DNA of 62,771 nt, filler included, from Chrysochromulina tobinii (taxonomy: Eukaryota): NCBI GenBank assembly GCA_001275005.1. It is 7 parts of 7 records of this genome, joined end to end, with 100 filler letters (N's around TTAATTAATTAA, not from the genome) between each part and the next. Parts side by side here need not be neighbours in the genome. Positions count along the whole stretch, not along the records: positions 53,091 to 60,314 come from JWZX01000990.1; positions 60,415 to 62,771 come from JWZX01000993.1; 5 more parts are not named here. One strand, 5' to 3'. Positions within the stretch are counted from its first letter, which is position 1. Each line of letters opens with the position of its first letter. The position numbers and the translations under genes are program-made. Below the pieces are notes generated by a model, which made no database searches, was not told where the DNA came from, and saw nothing but the letters and a program-made list of their open reading frames with translations. This document shows, in pieces, positions 58,501-62,771 of the stretch.

Positions 58501-60314
58501 CCATTGCGGCCCGCCGCCGCCGCCACCCGCCGCAGAGCCGCCTTCGACGATCCTACCACCATGGGATGCGGCCGCTGAATTACCACGCGAGAGACTCTAC
58601 TTGGCCGACGAGATGTCGAAGCTAGCTGGAGGAACGGTGGAACCTCCCTGGCGGCACCGGACCTCATTTTCGAAGTGCGGGGAGGAGAGAATGGTCACCA
58701 GCGAAGAATCCGCAGCTGAGGTCGGTCTCCTCTCGACGTGCGATCCAGAGTCGTGCCTTGTCATGTCGTCTGGCTGCGGCTCACGTCCCGAGTGCCAGGG
58801 CTGCGGCTCGCTGTGCCATGGAAGCTCCTCGTTGGACGCCAGTGCGTGGTCCTTGGATGGGCTGGCCACAGGGCTCTCAGTGTATGGTACGGACCCTATT
58901 GGCACCGTGAAGCCAGCAGAGAACCGCTCGATGTGGCGCAATGTCAACCTCGTCGTCAGGTGGTCGGAGTTTGAGCCGAAACCAGACGAGTTCGACTGGG
59001 CCGCTTTCGACGCGCTGCTGCTCGACGTTACGAAGAGGAATGTGCCGTTTGCAGTGGGGATCACCTTTCTCTCGGGTCCGAACTACTACCCTCAGTGGCT
59101 CTTTGAGTCGCCGTTCAATGTGACCAAGTATGTACAAGTCTGTGGCCAAGGGCACCGTGCGGTACACTTGAGCACTGGGGTGTACCGCACGGCGCCTTTG
59201 CCCGCAGACTATGGCGCTGACCCAACCCGGTGCGACGAAACTGAATTCGCGGTACCCAGCTTCTACGATGCCGCCTACTTGGCTCGCTACAAGCGCGCGC
59301 ACATGGCGCTCGCGGCGAAGCTCAGTGATATGCGCATCATCAACAGCCAGCTCAGGCTACTTTACTTGCAAGCGTCCCTCGGTACAGGCATCCAGAACGC
59401 GCCGGTCTACTTCCACCCAATTCGAACCGAAGCGGACTACGTCTGGACGGATCCTCAGGGCCAATCGACGCCCACGGATGCAAGATGGAATCGCTGCGGC
59501 AGCTGCGAATTCGATGCGTTCGCTCCGCCTCGCAATGTGTCCTTGGATCAGTTCATGTGCCCCAGCGGTGCTACCAGCACAGGTCTCATCGTGTCTCGGC
59601 GGCCGGCCTTCGAGGAGTACGCCCAGAGCGTGACCGCATTCCTGTACCATACCGTTTATGCGTCGCATCGCGAGGACGCCGGGCTGCGGCTGATGGTGAC
59701 GAGCGACGATCCGAAGACATGGGTTAACTTCGCGAACGGAATGAATAGTGCCAGCCAGACTGATAAGCGGATGCAAGATGTGCAGCTGTTTACCAATGAT
59801 TGGCTCGATACTAATGCGCCCGGCACGTGGCTGATGCGCAACAAAGAGGGCGAAGGCGCCGGGCTGTCAGGCGAGCGCACGCGCGTCGCCCACTCAATCC
59901 TTAACGTCTTCAGGGTGACGCAGGATGGACCCGTGCGCGCCCGCGCCGACCTGGACAAGTTCTGGTGCTGGACAGGCGAGGAGGGCAGCCGCGGACAGCT
60001 GGGCGCGGAGCCGGTCGCTCCAAGCTGCGTGATGCAGAACTGGCACCTGTATGCTGCGGCCATGTGGGCGCTCACGACCCGCATCGACTACTGGAACATT
60101 CCGCTCACAGCTGCAAAGCAGCAGCTGACGGGAACTGACTTTGATGGCGTGTGGAGGTTTCTGAATCGCTACAGTGGTGTCCGCTGGGGCTGGCAGTCTC
60201 CGGGGGCTTGGATTGGCTTCCGGGACGGCCTCGACACGCTCGACGCCGAGCGCTTCCCCGAGGCGGAGTTCGGCGCGCTACCCCAAAACTGGCGAACGAT
60301 GTCCTTGCGTACAT
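53096..60314 (+). CDS. Giant multidomain glyco-enzyme: GT8, sulfotransferase-like x3, YSY/KKCK repeat, GH-A-like domain; incomplete
   Basis: GT8: IRFYLPYL..GDDDIVIQ..WNFGV..INLTEWR..VLHWSGRNKPF. Sulfotransferase: FHHVPKTGGTT and MRDVLPHRVSFF. GH: VRWSEFEPKPDEFDW..YPQWLF..PSFYDAAYLARY. Confidence 0.8.
55770..56350 (+). repeat. Coding repeat DSYSYD(D/E)E-GGG-KKKCKPKPGKPCP / RRKKPG
   Basis: About 8 degenerate purine-rich units. Confidence 0.9.
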
Positions 60315-60414
60315 NNNNNNNNNNNNNNNNNNNNNNNNNNNNNNNNNNNNNNNNNNNNTTAATTAATTAANNNNNNNNNNNNNNNNNNNNNNNNNNNNNN
60401 NNNNNNNNNNNNNN
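60315..60414. other. Artificial contig linker
   Basis: N/TTAATTAATTAA/N, 100 bp. Confidence 0.99.
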
Positions 60415-60741
60415 GGACCACTGAAAACATGAAGCTCGGAACCGCCCAGGAGAGTTGCTGAGGGTTATTGGAGACCCCCTGGGCGGGTTGTAAGGGGCAC
60501 TCCTTGGAGTCGGCATAGGAACTGAGATCCGTGAGTTGACTGTGCGAGAAGAGTACTGACAAAGAGGTACGTTTCGTTTAAAGATCGAAACTTGATCCGG
60601 AAGATACGCGGGCACAGTACGAAGCGTGAAACCGAACCTGCAGGCCCGAGGCCGAGCATCTTGTTAGCATCTCGATTCTCGTTTGCATCTCCCGTGCTAC
60701 GTGCTGGGCACAATGCCGGTAAGGGTTGTTTGCTGGTTATT

Positions 60742-60810
60742 CCCTCTCTGGGATTCGAACCGCGTGCAGCACGTTCCGTGTTACCTGCACTGACCACTCT
60801 GCCACAATAC
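60742..60810 (-). promoter_or_regulatory. tRNA-derived Pol III A/B box pair (SINE-like head)
   Basis: Minus strand TGGCAGAGTGGT (60804-60793), then GGTTCGAATCC (60761-60751); no complete cloverleaf. Confidence 0.55.
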
Positions 60811-60816
60811 CGCAAT

Positions 60817-60900
60817 GTGAATATAGACCAGTGGTTAAGCGACCATCTATACTTGCATGCATAATTGCCGTCCGGAAAAGAACCGGGGTTCGAGTTCCGA
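60817..60900 (+). promoter_or_regulatory. Second tRNA-derived Pol III A/B box pair, divergent from the first
   Basis: TAGACCAGTGGTTAAG at 60824 and GGTTCGAGTTCC at 60887-60898, with a short T-stem. Confidence 0.5.
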
Positions 60901-61603
60901 GAACGTGTCGGTCGGGTAAAAGATAACGGGGGTGCTGTTCAGCGCTGTGACCCGCAGAACCGGCGGAATAACGGCGGAATTCGGGGCGCACTGGTGGGTG
61001 CTTCTGACCTGACCTTATGTGCCGTTCCATGTTCCCATGTCGCATGCCGCCTTACTCTCACGCCGACATCCCCTTCAAATTCCCCCCCGCAATTCAGGGG
61101 GTCCTGCCAATGTGTAGGTGGCTTGGTAAGTTACAAAGTTCTCTCTCGTCGAGCTACCCCTCGTCCTTCATCCAGCGCGCGCTGCACGCTCCGCCGGCCC
61201 CAGAGCAACAAAACGCGGGCAGCGTGCCCGCAGGCTGCCAGCTCGTCAGCGCCCTGACCTTGAAGACTTGCCACGACATCCTAGGCGGTGATCTCCTCTC
61301 GCATGCGAAGAAGCTCCACGACAGCGAGCTCTACGCGATCGAGTGCGCCAATGGGGTCATCTCATTCTTTGCCAGATGGGGCGTGGCGGCGGCGCCCCTC
61401 GCACCTGCTGAGCACGGTGAACGGCCGCTGCCCGCTGGCCACCTTGCCTGAACAGCGGCGTTGTCGCTTGTTGCGACTCCGGCACCGGGTCGATGTCGAG
61501 CAGCGGAGCAGGTGCTTGAGCGCACGCACCGGGTCGAGGAGTGTCCCCCCTCCACCGAGCACGAGCGGGACCGTCTTGGTCGCGCCCTACATCGACCTTG
61601 GAT

Positions 61604-62243
61604 ACACAGACGCAGCTCTCGTGCTAGACGCATCTACACGTGTACCAGCGGTCGCACGAAGCGGCCTGATCGATCTGCACTTGCATTGTGTAATCGACCA
61701 TGCAGACAAGACGGATAGGAACCCCCCCCCAAAAGGATAGGAAACCCCACGTCACCCCCGTTACCGTACCGTTACCGTACACGTCAGCCAACCAACAAGC
61801 CAACCAATACCCAAGCTTCGGACGGAATCCTCAAATGCAAAAGCAAGCCGCTCGCTCGCGGCATGAAGACGCGCTACGATACATGAGGGATACATAATGA
61901 GATACATGAATCTCAATTGTATCCAGAGAGGTACGTCTGCAAATGTATCTTGTTGTCATGCTTGTTGTCTTGATGTATCTTGATGTATATAAACGGGACA
62001 CATCAAGATACGATCAGGATACATGCAGGATACATCAAAATACATCAGGATACGTATCCGGTTGCAGGTTGCATCAACCGTGCTCATGACCTTGCGTGCA
62101 TCATGTCGATCTGTGACGCTGAGCAGCTATCGACACAGACGCAGCTCTCGTGCTAGTCGCATCTACACGTGTACCAGCGGCGGCAGGAAGCGGCCTGATC
62201 TATGTGCACTTGCATTGCGTCGTCGACCATGCAGACGAGATGG
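61604..62243. repeat. Diverged direct repeat of about 110 bp (61604-61713 and 62134-62243)
   Basis: Both copies read ACACAGACGCAGCTCTCGTGCTAG..CGACCATGCAGAC. Confidence 0.85.
61878..62059. mobile_element. GATACA/TGTATC motif cluster, possible MITE or subterminal region
   Basis: About a dozen GATAC(A) motifs in both orientations in an AT-richer patch. Confidence 0.5.
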
Positions 62244-62771
62244 GTTGGGTTGCAGGTTGAGGTGCTCGAGCAGCTCGGGTCATCGGCCCAGAAGTGGTAC
62301 TCCACGCCTGGGATGCTTTCGTCGATGCCATGCTGGTCACCAACGGGGGTGATGACCGTGACGAGGCGCCCTAGCCCAGGCGGTGCCACGGGGCGACCGC
62401 CTGGGGAGACTCCGGCGGCGGCTCGCTGCGCGCCGGCGGTAGCTTCGTGCGGTTGCGCGGGCTGTGTCGGCCACACCTCCGTCCACATAGCGACCGTGGC
62501 CTCGTGGCTTGGGGGTCCGGAGTGTGTGCGCGCGTTGTGTTGAACAGCAACGCCACGTTGCGGGCCCAAAGCCCCCCGAACACAGGCTCCACGATACATG
62601 TACCGTACCGGGTATTCAGTTCATCGAACTTTCTGGACGTTTGGGTGTCTTTTCCCAACCGAACTTTCCCTTGGGTCTCTCCACAACCGCGAAAGGTGAA
62701 GGCGTCTCGTGCTAAACCTGTTCGTCTTGGGATGGAAGAGATGGAGGCGGAAGCGGAGTACATCGGCTGGA

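Noticed and set aside
38371..60314. Apparent glycan gene cluster (GT2, lectin kinase, GT8 fusion)
   Set aside because: The genes lie on different contigs, so linkage is not supported.
60742..60900. Functional tRNA genes
   Set aside because: Acceptor and anticodon stems do not pair; only the promoter boxes remain.

Overview
GC-rich, intron-containing eukaryotic DNA, not prokaryotic. The window is seven contigs joined by six artificial 100-bp N/TTAATTAATTAA/N linkers, so adjacency across linkers is meaningless. Gene content and intron style suggest a flagellated haptophyte alga, possibly Chrysochromulina-like (inference). Recognisable genes: a multi-TM protein with a HET-like domain, an Sfi1-like repeat protein, a Tudor x2 protein, an Aha1-N protein, NAD+ glycerol-3-phosphate dehydrogenase, a UIM plus Regnase-type NYN RNase, an MLO-like membrane protein, a Dabb protein, a putative GT-B glycosyltransferase, a ubiquitin-like protein, a tandem two-unit Urg1/GTP cyclohydrolase II-like gene, an IQ/EFCAB10-like protein, a CSLA-like GT2, a Pro-rich F-type-lectin receptor kinase and a RING-H2 protein. 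There is also a probable DIRS/Ngaro-like retroelement fragment. Highlights: (1) an uninterrupted ORF of about 2400 codons fusing GT8, three sulfotransferase-like domains, a Tyr/Lys/Cys repeat and a GH-A hydrolase-like domain, a candidate one-polypeptide sulfated-glycan assembly line; (2) a 25-bp intron-type motif copied repeatedly into the NYN RNase ORF in three readings; (3) introns made of 10-bp repeats that carry copies of their own splice junctions; (4) an active/inactive GTP cyclohydrolase pseudo-dimer. All domain calls come from motif recognition by eye; no searches were run.
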